DNA of 20,000 bases from an uncultured virus (IMG/VR IMGVR_UViG_2863298641_000001) (taxonomy: Duplodnaviria; Heunggongvirae; Uroviricota; Caudoviricetes): the IMG/VR virus record IMGVR_UViG_2863298641_000001; one strand, given 5' to 3'. The notes below the pieces were generated by a model. That model worked only from the letters and a program-made list of their open reading frames with translations. It made no database searches and was not told where the DNA came from. Positions 1 through 8,466 of this stretch are shown here, one piece after another (position 1 is the first letter of the stretch; each line of letters starts with the position of its first letter). Made by a program: the position numbers and the translations under genes.

Positions 1-26
1 CGGATGGCGGTGGGCCCCTTCGTCAT
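1..26 (-). CDS. 5' fragment of next operon gene (MTKGPTAI...), runs off window
   Basis: ATGA overlap with stop of the 23..253 gene, same pattern as the rest of the operon. Confidence 0.35.
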
Positions 27-253
27 GCGGTGCGCTCGATGGCTAGGCAGTCGAGGTTGTCGGCTTCGAGGTCGATGGCTTCTGCGGCGCCGCGGAGGCT
101 GCAGTCGGGGTCGTCGGCGAGGTTGCGGCAGGATTCGGCGATGGCGCGGAGGAGGGCGACGACGGCGTCGGCTCCGATGTAGGCGTGCCCGTCGGTGGCG
201 GTGACGATGGGCAGCTGGCTGGTGGCGTGCTCGACGGGCTCGTCGTCGGTCAT
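23..253 (-). CDS. Hypothetical phage protein (76 aa, MTDDEPVEHATSQLPIVT...)
   Basis: ATG at 253 overlaps the upstream stop (ATGA); protein-like composition in the 3' part of ORF 23..442. Confidence 0.75.
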   Translation of the reverse strand: MTDDEPVEHATSQLPIVTATDGHAYIGADAVVALLRAIAESCRNLADDPDCSLRGAAEAIDLEADNLDCLAIERTA

Positions 254-867
254 GCCGCCCGCCTGGTGGGGGTGAGCTTGAGCATCTCGCCGTGCCCGTA
301 TTCGCTGCCGCAGTGCCGGCATTCGATGCCGTCCATGTCGAGGCTGACGCGGAGTATCTGGCCGCAGCGGCAGGCGACGGGGACGCGGACGGGGGGCTTT
401 TCGGCGCCGGTGGCGGTGCGGCAGCGGCGGACGATCGTCCACGTCTCGTCGGCGAAGTCGGCGAAGGCGGGGTGTTGGCCGGCGGCCCAGGCCAGGTTGA
501 ACCGGAGGGTGCCGACGGCGTGGTTGAGGCGCTGCTGCAGGGTGCCGGTCTCGTCGACCGTGGCCCGGCCGTAGGCCTCCCAGTCCCGAACCCAGCCTTC
601 GAGGGGGCCGAGGACGGGCCCCCGCTCGGTCATCGCGTTGAGTACCTCCAGCCGGACCGGCAGCGGCGCTGTGCGGCTCCCGGACACCACGGGCCCGCCG
701 GATCCACTCCCGGGGTGCAGTGAGTCGGCGAGGCGGGCGTACAGCCCTTCCGGTCCGGCGAGCGCAGCCAAGTTGGCGGCCACGCGTTCGGCGCAGGGCC
801 GGCAGGTCTGCGCTTCGTCGTCGTACAGGGCGGCCGAGCAGACGATGCAGATGCGGGCGGCGTCCAT
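250..867 (-). CDS. Zn-finger-containing phage protein (205 aa), possible transcription regulator of the type found at the end of actinophage early operons
   Basis: AAGGAG RBS; N-terminal CIVC..CRPC and C-terminal CRC..CRHC motifs; function inferred from position. Confidence 0.8.
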   Translation of the reverse strand: MDAARICIVCSAALYDDEAQTCRPCAERVAANLAALAGPEGLYARLADSLHPGSGSGGPVVSGSRTAPLPVRLEVLNAMTERGPVLGPLEGWVRDWEAYGRATVDETGTLQQRLNHAVGTLRFNLAWAAGQHPAFADFADETWTIVRRCRTATGAEKPPVRVPVACRCGQILRVSLDMDGIECRHCGSEYGHGEMLKLTPTRRAA

Positions 868-900
868 GGCGGGCTCCTTGGTGCGGGTGTGCGGGCGGGG

Positions 901-1089
901 CTAGAGCAGGTCGCCGACGACGTGGACGTCGACGATGCGGTGGTACTGGCGGGCGGTGACCCCTTGGTGGCGGAGGTCGCGCCAGCGTGGGCCGGTGGGG
1001 TCGGCGAGTTCTTCGGCGCCGCGCTGGCAGAGTTCCTCCCAGTCGGACCAGAGCGGGTCGCAGTCGCCGAGGGTGAGCTGGACGGTCAC
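901..1089 (-). CDS. Hypothetical protein (62 aa, VTVQLTLGDCDPLWSDWEE...)
   Basis: GTGA overlap with upstream stop; GGAG RBS. Confidence 0.65.
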   Translation of the reverse strand: MTVQLTLGDCDPLWSDWEELCQRGAEELADPTGPRWRDLRHQGVTARQYHRIVDVHVVGDLL

Positions 1090-1256
1090 GGCGTCTCCCG
1101 GTAGCGGTGGTCCCAGGCGAGGTGGGGGCGGAGGATGTCGAGGGCGCGCTGGATCGGGGTGGGTGCGGGCGGGGTGTCGGGGTCGATGAGCTGCCACTCG
1201 ATGGCGAGCTCCCTGGCGAGCGTGACGGGGGTGGCGATCTTCCGGGCGGCGGTCAC
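1086..1256 (-). CDS. Hypothetical protein (56 aa, VTAARKIATPVTLARELAIEWQL...)
   Basis: GTGA overlap; AAGGAGG RBS. Confidence 0.65.
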   Translation of the reverse strand: MTAARKIATPVTLARELAIEWQLIDPDTPPAPTPIQRALDILRPHLAWDHRYRETP

Positions 1257-1660
1257 TCGCCCTCCTTCTCCAGCGGCCAGCGCCGGTCGTGGGCGGCGGC
1301 TTCGGAGTCGGTCGGCCCGGCCGCGGGGTCGGGGGCGGGCGGGTAGAGGACGGCGCGCCAGCGGGCGACGGTCTTCTCGGCGATCCATCCGGTCTGCAAG
1401 CAGGGCTCTCCGGGGTGGCCCTTGTGAACGAAGTGACTGAGGACTTCGTGCAGGGTCGTGCGGGTCTCTGCGAGCCGCTGCTCGGCGTCGCGGAGTTGGT
1501 CGCCGAGGAGCTGGCCGTGCGGGAGGATCACGCCGAGGACGGCGGTGACGAGTTCGTCGATGATCCGGAGTTCCTCCGGCTTGAGCAGCATCCGATCCAT
1601 GGCGAACACCGGGATCATGGCGCTGGTGAGTTGCTCGCGGAGCGCGGACTTCTCGGTCAT
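1253..1660 (-). CDS. Hypothetical phage protein (135 aa)
   Basis: ATGA overlap; AGGAG RBS; helical/coiled-coil segment. Confidence 0.8.
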   Translation of the reverse strand: MTEKSALREQLTSAMIPVFAMDRMLLKPEELRIIDELVTAVLGVILPHGQLLGDQLRDAEQRLAETRTTLHEVLSHFVHKGHPGEPCLQTGWIAEKTVARWRAVLYPPAPDPAAGPTDSEAAAHDRRWPLEKEGE

Positions 1661-2004
1661 GCTGCTGTCTCCTGGCTGGTCTGTCGTCGGTTGCTGCGGC
1701 GTGCGGCCCGGTAGGCGATCTCGCCCTTGGCGCAGTCGTCGCAGGGGGTTTCGTGGCGGCGGAGGTGGGCGGTGTAGCCGGCGTGGTCGCCGTGCCGTTG
1801 AGGCCGTCCGTCGAGGAGGCCGGCGCGGCAGCCGAGGAAGACGGCGTGCGCTGCGGAGGTCGCGCCGAGCTTGGCGAGGATCTGCTTGTTGATCGAGCCG
1901 ACGCCGTTGATGCTGATGCCGAGGTCGGATCCGATGCGTGCCCAGGGCTGGCCTTCGGCGATGCGCTTGAGCACATCCAACTGTCGGGCGGTCAGCGGGT
2001 TCAC
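1657..2004 (-). CDS. LuxR/GerE-type HTH protein with C-terminal His/Cys metal-binding motif (115 aa)
   Basis: LTARQLDVLKRIAEG..IGSDLGIS..V..I.AKLGA.S.AHAV..G...GLL matches the LuxR C-terminal HTH; followed by HGDHAGY..HLRRHETPCDDC; GTGA overlap, GGAGG RBS. Confidence 0.85.
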   Translation of the reverse strand: MNPLTARQLDVLKRIAEGQPWARIGSDLGISINGVGSINKQILAKLGATSAAHAVFLGCRAGLLDGRPQRHGDHAGYTAHLRRHETPCDDCAKGEIAYRAARRSNRRQTSQETAA

Positions 2005-2183
2005 GGTCGCCTCCCCTGCTGGGGTACGAGCCGGCCGCGGCTGTTGAGGATGCCGTCGGCGCGGGCGAGGAGAAGCAGGGCGCGGCGGATGACTGCTCCG
2101 GCTCGTTCGCCGCGGCGGGCGTAGGCGTTGAGGATGGCGGCGCTGCCGTCGTCGGGGATCCAGCGGATCGGGGTGCGGGTCAC
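2001..2183 (-). CDS. Small basic protein, possible ribbon-helix-helix fold (60 aa)
   Basis: GTGA overlaps at both ends; strand-helix-helix pattern (IRWIP..AAILNAYA..AVIRRALLLLA). Confidence 0.6.
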   Translation of the reverse strand: MTRTPIRWIPDDGSAAILNAYARRGERAGAVIRRALLLLARADGILNSRGRLVPQQGRRP

Positions 2184-2440
2184 TGCTGCTCACCGCCTGC
2201 CGTGGTGCGCCAGTCCTCGACAAGTTCGAGTACCAGGGCCGCGCGCTCGGGGTCGTAGCCGATGACCTTGTACAGCACCTGCTCGGCGATGTTGACGTGG
2301 TCGGCGTCCTGCATGCGGGTCCCCCACCATCCGCCGTTTGCTAGGACTGTGAGGGCCATGAGGGTGCGGGGTGGGGCGGTGTCGACGACGATGCCACGCC
2401 CTTGGTGGCGGCTGAGTTGGATGTCGGTGGGCTCGGTCAT
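2180..2440 (-). CDS. Hypothetical protein (86 aa)
   Basis: AGGAG RBS; protein-like beta-rich sequence. Confidence 0.75.
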   Translation of the reverse strand: MTEPTDIQLSRHQGRGIVVDTAPPRTLMALTVLANGGWWGTRMQDADHVNIAEQVLYKVIGYDPERAALVLELVEDWRTTAGGEQQ

Positions 2441-2472
2441 GGGTCTGCTCCTGGTGGTGGGCGGGGTGCGGG

Positions 2473-2859
2473 CTACGGCTGGGTGTTGAGGGCGCGGGCG
2501 ATCGCGAGGGCGCGGACGGACGGCGCGCCGGGCCCGGTGGTGAGGAACGCTTCGCGGCCGGCGGGGTCGTCGCGGAACACGTCGGCGGCAGCGCGGACCC
2601 CGGCCTCGTAGTAGCGCGCGGCTTCATCGAGCCAATCAGCCAGCAGGAGGCCGACGGTGGGGTCCATGGCGGCGATGTAGTCCGCGTCGGCGCGGCCCTG
2701 GTCACTGTCGTCGGCTTCGACTCCGGCGCCCGGACTGCTGAAGCTGACGCTCCACCCGTAGTCCCCGATGCCTGTTTGCCGCCATGGGCCGGGTGTTGCT
2801 GCGGTGGCGAGCGTCCGGAGCTTTTCGGCGGCCTGCTTGATTTCGTCGGCGGGTGTCAC
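2473..2859 (-). CDS. Ead/Ea22-like phage protein (128 aa)
   Basis: LR.LA.AATPGPW ... ADADYIAAMDP.V.L.L signature; GAGGAG RBS before GTG at 2859. Confidence 0.8.
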   Translation of the reverse strand: MTPADEIKQAAEKLRTLATAATPGPWRQTGIGDYGWSVSFSSPGAGVEADDSDQGRADADYIAAMDPTVGLLLADWLDEAARYYEAGVRAAADVFRDDPAGREAFLTTGPGAPSVRALAIARALNTQP

Positions 2860-2985
2860 GGTGTCTCCTCGATGCTGGATTGGCGTGGCGGGGGCTGTGG
2901 GGCGCTGTGAGGGGCTGGACCCTCCGGGACTGCCCGCGCGGGGAGTTCGTGGCTTAGGCGGGCACACAGGGCCGCCTGAGGCTCC

Positions 2986-3019
2986 GCCGTGGGGTCGTGG
3001 GCGGGCACGACCCCACGGC
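2986..3019. terminator. Perfect 14-bp stem-loop in intergenic region (terminator or RNA-processing/stabilising hairpin)
   Basis: GCCGTGGGGTCGTG-ggcggg-CACGACCCCACGGC, 10 nt after the stop of the 3030 gene. Confidence 0.6.
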
Positions 3020-3029
3020 AGGCAGACGG

Positions 3030-3947
3030 TCAGACGGACGGCGGGGGCATGTAGCCGTCGAGCGCGGCGGCGATCCGCTTGGCCGCAGCACCCCGAGTGA
3101 TCTCGTCGTCCGGGGACGTCAGCTCCGACGTCGCTTCGAGGCTGTCGTGCAGAGCACGCACCCGGTCGACCGTGGCTCGCAGTTCAGCGTTCTCCCGGCA
3201 GGCGATCTCGTAGTGGCGCTTCTCGTCCCTCAGGGCGTTCGCCACGTTGACGGCCAGCGACGCGAGCTGGGTGCGCGCCTCGCTGTTCGTGGGCTGCTCG
3301 CCAGCCAGCCGACGCAGCTCGGCCGGGCACTCGGCGGCCGTGTAGTGCATCGCGCCCTCCCCGCAGTCACACGGCCCGGACAGTCCCTCATCGTCGGTCG
3401 CAGGGGGCGGGCCGCTCATGATGCGGTCGATGAGGGTGAGGGTGTCGCGGGCTTGGTCGATGGCCTGCACGCGGACCGAGGCTTTGATGGTCAGCTCGCA
3501 CAGGCGACGTACCTCGGCGAGCGCGACGGCGGCCCGATCCACCTGCTCGGGCAGCACGGCCAGTACCGCGTCGGTCAGGGCGTCCACGTCGTAGGCGCAC
3601 AGCGCACACCGAGCATCGAACCGGTGGTTGCGGTGGTCCGCCTTCACGTTGAGGTCGGCGTAGTCGGTGCGCCGGGTGGTGAGCAGCGCCTCGGCGATGC
3701 GGTCGCGCAGGGCGTCCCGGGCGGCGGGCGACTGCGCCGCGTCGGCGGGGTTCATGGCGGACTCCAGCAGGAGCCGGGCCGTGATGTGGTTGCCCGCTCG
3801 CAGCGCGACCAGCGCGCGGGCGACAGTGGTCCGATCGACCGCGGGGCCGGGCTGTCCGATCGGGCACTCAGGGTGCGGGTGGACTTCCTCGCCTTGCTCC
3901 TCGTAGCAGTGGCCACAGTCGAGCAGGCGGGCGGGCTGGGCGGTCAC
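3030..3947 (-). CDS. Mosaic hypothetical phage protein (305 aa) with several Cys/His motifs and helical modules
   Basis: GTGA overlap and GGAGG RBS at 3947; CGHC..HPEC, CALC and CDC..H..C motifs. Confidence 0.75.
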   Translation of the reverse strand: MTAQPARLLDCGHCYEEQGEEVHPHPECPIGQPGPAVDRTTVARALVALRAGNHITARLLLESAMNPADAAQSPAARDALRDRIAEALLTTRRTDYADLNVKADHRNHRFDARCALCAYDVDALTDAVLAVLPEQVDRAAVALAEVRRLCELTIKASVRVQAIDQARDTLTLIDRIMSGPPPATDDEGLSGPCDCGEGAMHYTAAECPAELRRLAGEQPTNSEARTQLASLAVNVANALRDEKRHYEIACRENAELRATVDRVRALHDSLEATSELTSPDDEITRGAAAKRIAAALDGYMPPPSV

Positions 3948-4132
3948 GAGTTCCTCCGGGCGCGGCGGGCGGTCATGCGATCGCGGATCTGATCGGTCGT
4001 GGGCTTGGTCCACTGGTGAAGCCCTGCGGTGGGGTGCCACTGCTCTCCGTGGTGGTGTTGTTCGTCGCCGCACCAGCGGCAGCCGTAGGGCGTGGCGGCC
4101 GGGTCGTCGGCGGTGGGGTCGGGCTGGTTCAT
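3944..4132 (-). CDS. Small His/Cys-rich protein (62 aa, MNQPDPT...GCRWCG..HHH)
   Basis: GGAG RBS; stop overlaps the next start. Confidence 0.7.
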   Translation of the reverse strand: MNQPDPTADDPAATPYGCRWCGDEQHHHGEQWHPTAGLHQWTKPTTDQIRDRMTARRARRNS

Positions 4133-4166
4133 CGGGGCTCCAGGTGCTGGGTAGGGTTCGGGGTGC

Positions 4167-4197
4167 ACGGCCGGCCGCATAGCCCGCGGCCGGCCGT
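4167..4197. terminator. Perfect 12-bp intergenic stem-loop
   Basis: ACGGCCGGCCGC-atagccc-GCGGCCGGCCGT. Confidence 0.55.
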
Positions 4198-4211
4198 CGT
4201 CGCGCGGGAGG

Positions 4212-4457
4212 TCACTCGTAGATCCGTGCCGTGGCTTCGCGGTGCCGAGCCGCCCGGATCTCGTCGACGGTCATGCGGCGAACTCGCGCGCGGCTGCGGT
4301 CGTCAGCCTCGAACGCGGTGATCACCCAGATGCCGGGGCTCAGTGGCCCGGTCTGCTTCTCGATCTCGATGGGGTCGCCGACGCTCAGCTCCTGCAGCAT
4401 CACGTCGCCGCCGTCGAGTTCGATCTGGTCGGCGTTGATGATGGCGGTGTCGTTCAT
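4212..4457 (-). CDS. Hypothetical protein (81 aa, MNDTAIINADQIELDGG...)
   Basis: GAAGGA RBS before ATG at 4457. Confidence 0.75.
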   Translation of the reverse strand: MNDTAIINADQIELDGGDVMLQELSVGDPIEIEKQTGPLSPGIWVITAFEADDRSRARVRRMTVDEIRAARHREATARIYE

Positions 4458-4513
4458 GGGGTTCCTTCCGGTGGTAGGCGGGTGGTGGGCGGCCGTCGTC
4501 GTGCGGGGCCGGC

Positions 4514-4786
4514 TCACGCGGAGGCGGGGTGTGCGGTCCGCGGCTGGCGGCAGTGCTTGCAGTTGGCGAGCCGGCGCTTGGCGTCGCTGACGCCCTGGTA
4601 CTCCTTCTCGAAGCCGGGGCAGGCGGGCTCGTCCTCGGTGACGGACTCCAGCAGGCTGTGCAGCTGGTCCCCGGCGGTGCTGACCTGGCTGGCCCAGATC
4701 TGGCCGAGGTCGTCACGGACCGCGGCGGCTTCCTCGACGGTCAGGGCGACGTGGACGGTGCCGTTGCTGGTGCGGTTGATCTGCAT
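4514..4786 (-). CDS. Hypothetical protein (90 aa) with C-terminal C..CKHC..H motif
   Basis: AAGGAG RBS; GC-rich third codon positions. Confidence 0.75.
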   Translation of the reverse strand: MQINRTSNGTVHVALTVEEAAAVRDDLGQIWASQVSTAGDQLHSLLESVTEDEPACPGFEKEYQGVSDAKRRLANCKHCRQPRTAHPASA

Positions 4787-4853
4787 GGTGCAGGTCTCCT
4801 TGGGTGCGATGGTGTGTGGTGATCAGGCGCCGGGCCGCGACTGGGCGGCGGGG

Positions 4854-5216
4854 TCACTCGCTCCAGCCGATGAGGCGGAACTCGGCGCCGTAGCGGTCTT
4901 TCAGCTCCTGCATCGACACGGCCTGCTCGCTGGCCCACACGAGGCGAACAACGCAGTCAGAGGCCGGGACCGTGCGGTACTCGCCGTAGAGAAGCCCTTC
5001 CTCGTCGACGTACACGGCGTCGTGGTCGTCGGTGGGGCGCTCGGTGGAGGGGGCGATCCCGGCTTCGACGGCGGCGCGGAGCCAGGCGGCGGCCTCGTTG
5101 GTCAGGTACTCGCGGAGGCTCGGGTCGAGGTTGTCCCAGGCGTCGGCGGCGGTGGCACCGTAGCCGTTGCGGTAGCGGGCTTCGGCGAGCTGTCGGATGC
5201 GGGGGTCGGTGGTCAT
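4854..5216 (-). CDS. Hypothetical phage protein (120 aa)
   Basis: AAGGA RBS; protein-like composition. Confidence 0.8.
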   Translation of the reverse strand: MTTDPRIRQLAEARYRNGYGATAADAWDNLDPSLREYLTNEAAAWLRAAVEAGIAPSTERPTDDHDAVYVDEEGLLYGEYRTVPASDCVVRLVWASEQAVSMQELKDRYGAEFRLIGWSE

Positions 5217-5240
5217 GTCTGGTCCTTGTCGGCTGGCGGG

Positions 5241-5429
5241 TCAGGCGGCGGGGTGGCGGGCTTCGTCTGCGTCTTCCTCGGCGCTCCATCCGCAGGTCCA
5301 GATGAAGCCGCAGGTGGGGCAGCGGTAAGTGGCGAGGATGGAGCCGGGTCCGTTCGGTGTGACCTTGACGGGCGCTATGGCGGGACTGTCGTCGGTGAGG
5401 CAGCGGTCGCAGGTGTCGCGGTAGTGCAC
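5241..5429 (-). CDS. Zn-ribbon microprotein (62 aa)
   Basis: CDRC...YRCPTCG.W motifs; GAGGGA RBS directly after the dnaB stop. Confidence 0.75.
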   Translation of the reverse strand: MHYRDTCDRCLTDDSPAIAPVKVTPNGPGSILATYRCPTCGFIWTCGWSAEEDADEARHPAA

Positions 5430-5445
5430 GGCGGTTCCCTCTCGG

Positions 5446-6798
5446 CTAGGTGTGGGCCATGTCGACGAAGCGGGAGTAGTGGCCCTGGAAGGCGACCGTG
5501 ATGGTGGCGGTGGGACCGTTGCGGTGCTTGGCGACGATCAGGTCTGCCTCGCCGGCCCGCGGGGTTTCCTTGTCGTAGGCGTCCTCGCGGTGCAGGAGGA
5601 TGACGATGTCGGCGTCCTGCTCAAGAGACCCCGACTCGCGCAGGTCCGAGACCATCGGTTTCTTGTCCTGCCGCTGCTCGGGCCCGCGGTTCAGTTGCGA
5701 CAGGGCAACGACGGGGACCTGGAGGTCCATGGCGAGCGTCTTGAGGCCGCGGCTGATCCGGGAAACTTCCTGCTGCCGGTTGTCGTTGCGGCCGAGGCTC
5801 TCGCCGCCCATCAGCTGCAGATAGTCGATGACCACAAGGCCAAGTCCGTGCTGCCGCTGGACGCGTCGACAGTGGGAGCGGATCTTGGCGAGGGTGACGC
5901 CGGTGTCGGGGACGATGAACAGCGGCGACGACTGCATGTCCTTGCCCGCCTCGACAAGCTTGTCGATCTTGGCGTTGTCGAGTGGGCCCTTGGTCTTCAT
6001 CCAGTGCAGCGGATAGCGGGCCTGCGCGGACAGGAACCGCTTCTCCAGCTCCTTGCGGCCCATCTCCAGGGAGAAGAACAGGGTCGGAACGTCGTTGCGG
6101 ATGGCGGCGTAGCGGGCGAAGTCGCCGGCAAGCACGGACTTGCCCATGGCGGGGCGGGCTGCGATGAGGACGAACTGGCCGGGCAGCAGGCCGCCGGTGA
6201 GGGAGTCGAAGTCGGTGAAGCCGGTCTTCAGCCCTTCCTTGGGGCCGTTCTCCCGGATGTCGACGACCTCGGCGACGGTGTCCATGATGTCGACGCCGAC
6301 GGCCAGGTCGTCGTCGGCCGCGTCGGTGAGGCCGGCGAGTCCTTCGAGGGTGTCGTAGGCGTCCTGGATCAGCTCGTCCGGGGAGTGCTGGCGGCTGTGA
6401 ACGCCGCGGGCCATGCCGGTGGACGCTTCGAGGATCTTCCGGAGGATGGCCTTCTCGTGGACGATCGCGGCGTGCGTGCGGGCCTCGCCGGAGATGACGA
6501 CCGAGTTGACGAGCTCGAAGAGGTAGGCGCGTCCGCCGCAGCGGGTGAGGTCGCCGTTCTTCTCCAGGCGGTCGCCGAGGGCGATCGGGTCGTGGGCTTC
6601 GCCGTGGCTGTGGAGTTCGACGATCGTGCGGAAGATCGTCTCGTGGGCGGGCCGGTAGAACTCGTGCGGCTGGAGGAGTTCGGCGACGTCCTCGGTGGAG
6701 CGGCGGGAGGAGATCATGTCGCCGAGGAGTGCCTTCTCGGCGTCGAGGTCGAACGGCGGCTGCTGGCCGTCGGGCTGCTCGTCGAAGTCGTAGGTCAC
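5446..6798 (-). CDS. dnaB: Replicative DNA helicase DnaB (phage-encoded, 450 aa)
   Basis: AARPAMGKS (Walker A), FSLEM, VIDYLQLM, LSQLNR, DLRESGSLEQDAD and KHRNG motifs; N-terminal PPFDLDAE..FYRPAH domain; GTGA-coupled start. Confidence 0.97.
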   Translation of the reverse strand: MTYDFDEQPDGQQPPFDLDAEKALLGDMISSRRSTEDVAELLQPHEFYRPAHETIFRTIVELHSHGEAHDPIALGDRLEKNGDLTRCGGRAYLFELVNSVVISGEARTHAAIVHEKAILRKILEASTGMARGVHSRQHSPDELIQDAYDTLEGLAGLTDAADDDLAVGVDIMDTVAEVVDIRENGPKEGLKTGFTDFDSLTGGLLPGQFVLIAARPAMGKSVLAGDFARYAAIRNDVPTLFFSLEMGRKELEKRFLSAQARYPLHWMKTKGPLDNAKIDKLVEAGKDMQSSPLFIVPDTGVTLAKIRSHCRRVQRQHGLGLVVIDYLQLMGGESLGRNDNRQQEVSRISRGLKTLAMDLQVPVVALSQLNRGPEQRQDKKPMVSDLRESGSLEQDADIVILLHREDAYDKETPRAGEADLIVAKHRNGPTATITVAFQGHYSRFVDMAHT

Positions 6799-7379
6799 GA
6801 TGCCTTCCTGAAGTCGGTGCCGGTGAACTTGATGAAGGTGGAGCCGCCGTCGGCGAAGCGGGATGTGGTGCGGGGGCCGAGGGGCTCGAGCGTCGGCAGG
6901 TTGGTGGAGATCAGCGTGGGCAGCTGGTTCTGCCAGCGGACGTCGATCAACTGGGCCATGGCGTCGACGGTCCACGGGTACAGCTGGGTGGCGCCGAGAT
7001 CGTCGAGGGCGACCAGCGGGGCCTCACGCCAGGCCTGCAGCTTGTCGAGGTTGGCCGGCCGGTCGGCGGCGGCTTTGAACTCGAAGTCGCTGACGAGGTA
7101 GTAGCGGCCGTACCAGCCGCGGCGGATCAGGGTCTCGCCGATCTTCCACAGGTGCCAGGTCTTGCCGGTGCCGGGGGTTCCGAGCAGCAGCAGCGAGGCG
7201 CGGGAGCCGTCGAGGTAGTCGCTGATCCACTTGTTGACGTCGGGGTGGACGGGTCCGTCGGCTGCGAAGGCGGCGGGCCGGCGGCCGAGGTAGCGGTCGA
7301 GGGTCTGGTTGCGGATCTCGTCGCGGGCGGCGACTCGTTCGGCGTCGTAGCGGGCTCGCCGTTCGTCGGCGGTCGTCAT
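6795..7379 (-). CDS. DnaC/IstB-like AAA+ helicase loader (194 aa)
   Basis: LLGTPGTGKT (Walker A), VALDDLG (Walker B), TLISTNL, SRF, G.DFR; located between rep and dnaB; TAATG overlap. Confidence 0.92.
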   Translation of the reverse strand: MTTADERRARYDAERVAARDEIRNQTLDRYLGRRPAAFAADGPVHPDVNKWISDYLDGSRASLLLLGTPGTGKTWHLWKIGETLIRRGWYGRYYLVSDFEFKAAADRPANLDKLQAWREAPLVALDDLGATQLYPWTVDAMAQLIDVRWQNQLPTLISTNLPTLEPLGPRTTSRFADGGSTFIKFTGTDFRKAS

Positions 7380-8381
7380 TAGAAGGGCTTCGCTTTCTCG
7401 TAGTCCTCTGCGGTGGGCGCGGGGGCGGAGGCGCCGGTGGCGGGGTGCGGCCGGTTGGGTGCGGTCCAACCGCCGGAGACGGCACGGAGCGGCGGCAGGT
7501 CGGGCTCGTCGTCGTAGCAGCCCTTGTTCAGCCAGTTGGCCGGGAACTTCGTGTACTGGGGGTCCTTGCCGGCGCGCTCGCGGGCGTAGGCCTGGGCGGC
7601 GTCGACGATGCGCTTCGGCTCTACGCCGCGCTCGATGGCTGCGATCCACGCCTTCTTGGCTTCCTCGCGGTCCTTCTTCTTCGGGTAGTTGCTCCAGAAG
7701 GCACCGAAGGCGGCGAGGTGATGGTCCGTCTTCTTGCTGCTGATCTCGCGGATGGAGGCGTCACCTGTAGAAGAAGTGTTCTTCCTAGTGTTCTCACCGT
7801 GTTCTTTAAGAGACGTACCAGCGTGTGGTACGTCGGTGCGNNNNNNNNNNNNNNNNNNNNNNNNNNNNNNNNNNNNNNNNNNNNNNNNNNNNNNNNNNNN
7901 NNNNNNNNNNNNNNNNNNNNNNNNNNNNNNNNNNNNNCGACGTACCAGCGTGTGGTACGTCGGTGGAGCCGTCCGACGTACCAGCGTGTGGTACGTCGGT
8001 CCCACCTGCGGAAACGCCCGTTGTTCCAGGTCGCTCCGACGTACCACCGTGTGGTACGTCGGGCTGAACTGCGGAAACGTTGGTGATGGTCAGGACGGTG
8101 CCGTACTTGCCGCCCTCCAGGAGCTCCCGGTTCGCCGTCAGGTAACCGTGCTCCTTGAGCTCTGCGAAGGCAGCGCGGAACGCCCGCCGGCCGGGGCTCG
8201 CCTTGCCATGCTTGGCGACCGAGGCCCGCCACATGTCGTCGGCGGTGGCCTCCCATCCGTCGGGCCGGCTGAGCAGCTCGACGAGGATGCCGCGCGCCAT
8301 GTGGCTCAGGCGGTCGTCGCGCACTGTGGCGTTGGGGACTTGCAGGAAGTCCCTCGTCAGCCTCTGGTGCCGGATCCTCAC
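7379..8381 (-). CDS. Phage replication initiator / replisome organiser (spans an assembly gap)
   Basis: N-terminal winged-HTH (F.QVPNA.VRD.RLS..ARGIL..LLSRPDGW..AF.ELKEHGYL) and C-terminal F..FW..YPKK..A.KAW..PANWLN..YDDE; the halves are in different frames across the 97 N. Confidence 0.88.
7768..7811. promoter_or_regulatory. AT-rich putative DNA unwinding element of the phage origin, with 3x GTGTTCT
   Basis: GTGTTCT at 7776, 7788 and 7799; locally AT-rich; abuts the palindrome array. Confidence 0.6.
7812..8062. repeat. Palindromic iteron array CCGACGTACCA-N5-TGGTACGTCGG (at least 4 visible copies), putative origin
   Basis: Copies at 7812-7836 (partial), 7938-7963 (abuts gap), 7973-7999 and 8036-8062; encode repeated DVPHAGTS. 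Confidence 0.85.
7841..7937. other. Assembly gap (97 N)
   Basis: Run of N flanked on both sides by the same repeat unit. Confidence 1.
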
Positions 8382-8466
8382 GTCTGCCTCTTCTCGGTGG
8401 TGCGGCTACAGCGATGGGGTCGGTGTGCTGCTGGCTAGGGCCGGTCGCGCGGCCGGCGGCCCGCGG

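Noticed and set aside
4242..5501. 419-aa plus-strand ORF spanning several small genes
   Set aside because: Low-complexity G/A/V-rich translation opposite well-supported minus-strand genes with RBSs
5446..6798. Intein in DnaB
   Set aside because: Length (450 aa) and motif spacing are those of an uninterrupted helicase
5452..7101. 549-aa plus-strand ORF
   Set aside because: Antisense shadow of dnaB/loader; long stop-free antisense frames are expected in high-GC3 genes
7812..8062. CRISPR-like array of 27-bp palindromic repeats
   Set aside because: Spacers are irregular (9 and 36 bp), repeats are in-frame within the rep CDS, and there are no cas genes; iterons explain it better
7379..8381. rep as a frameshifted pseudogene
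   Set aside because: The frame change occurs across the N gap, whose length is only an estimate
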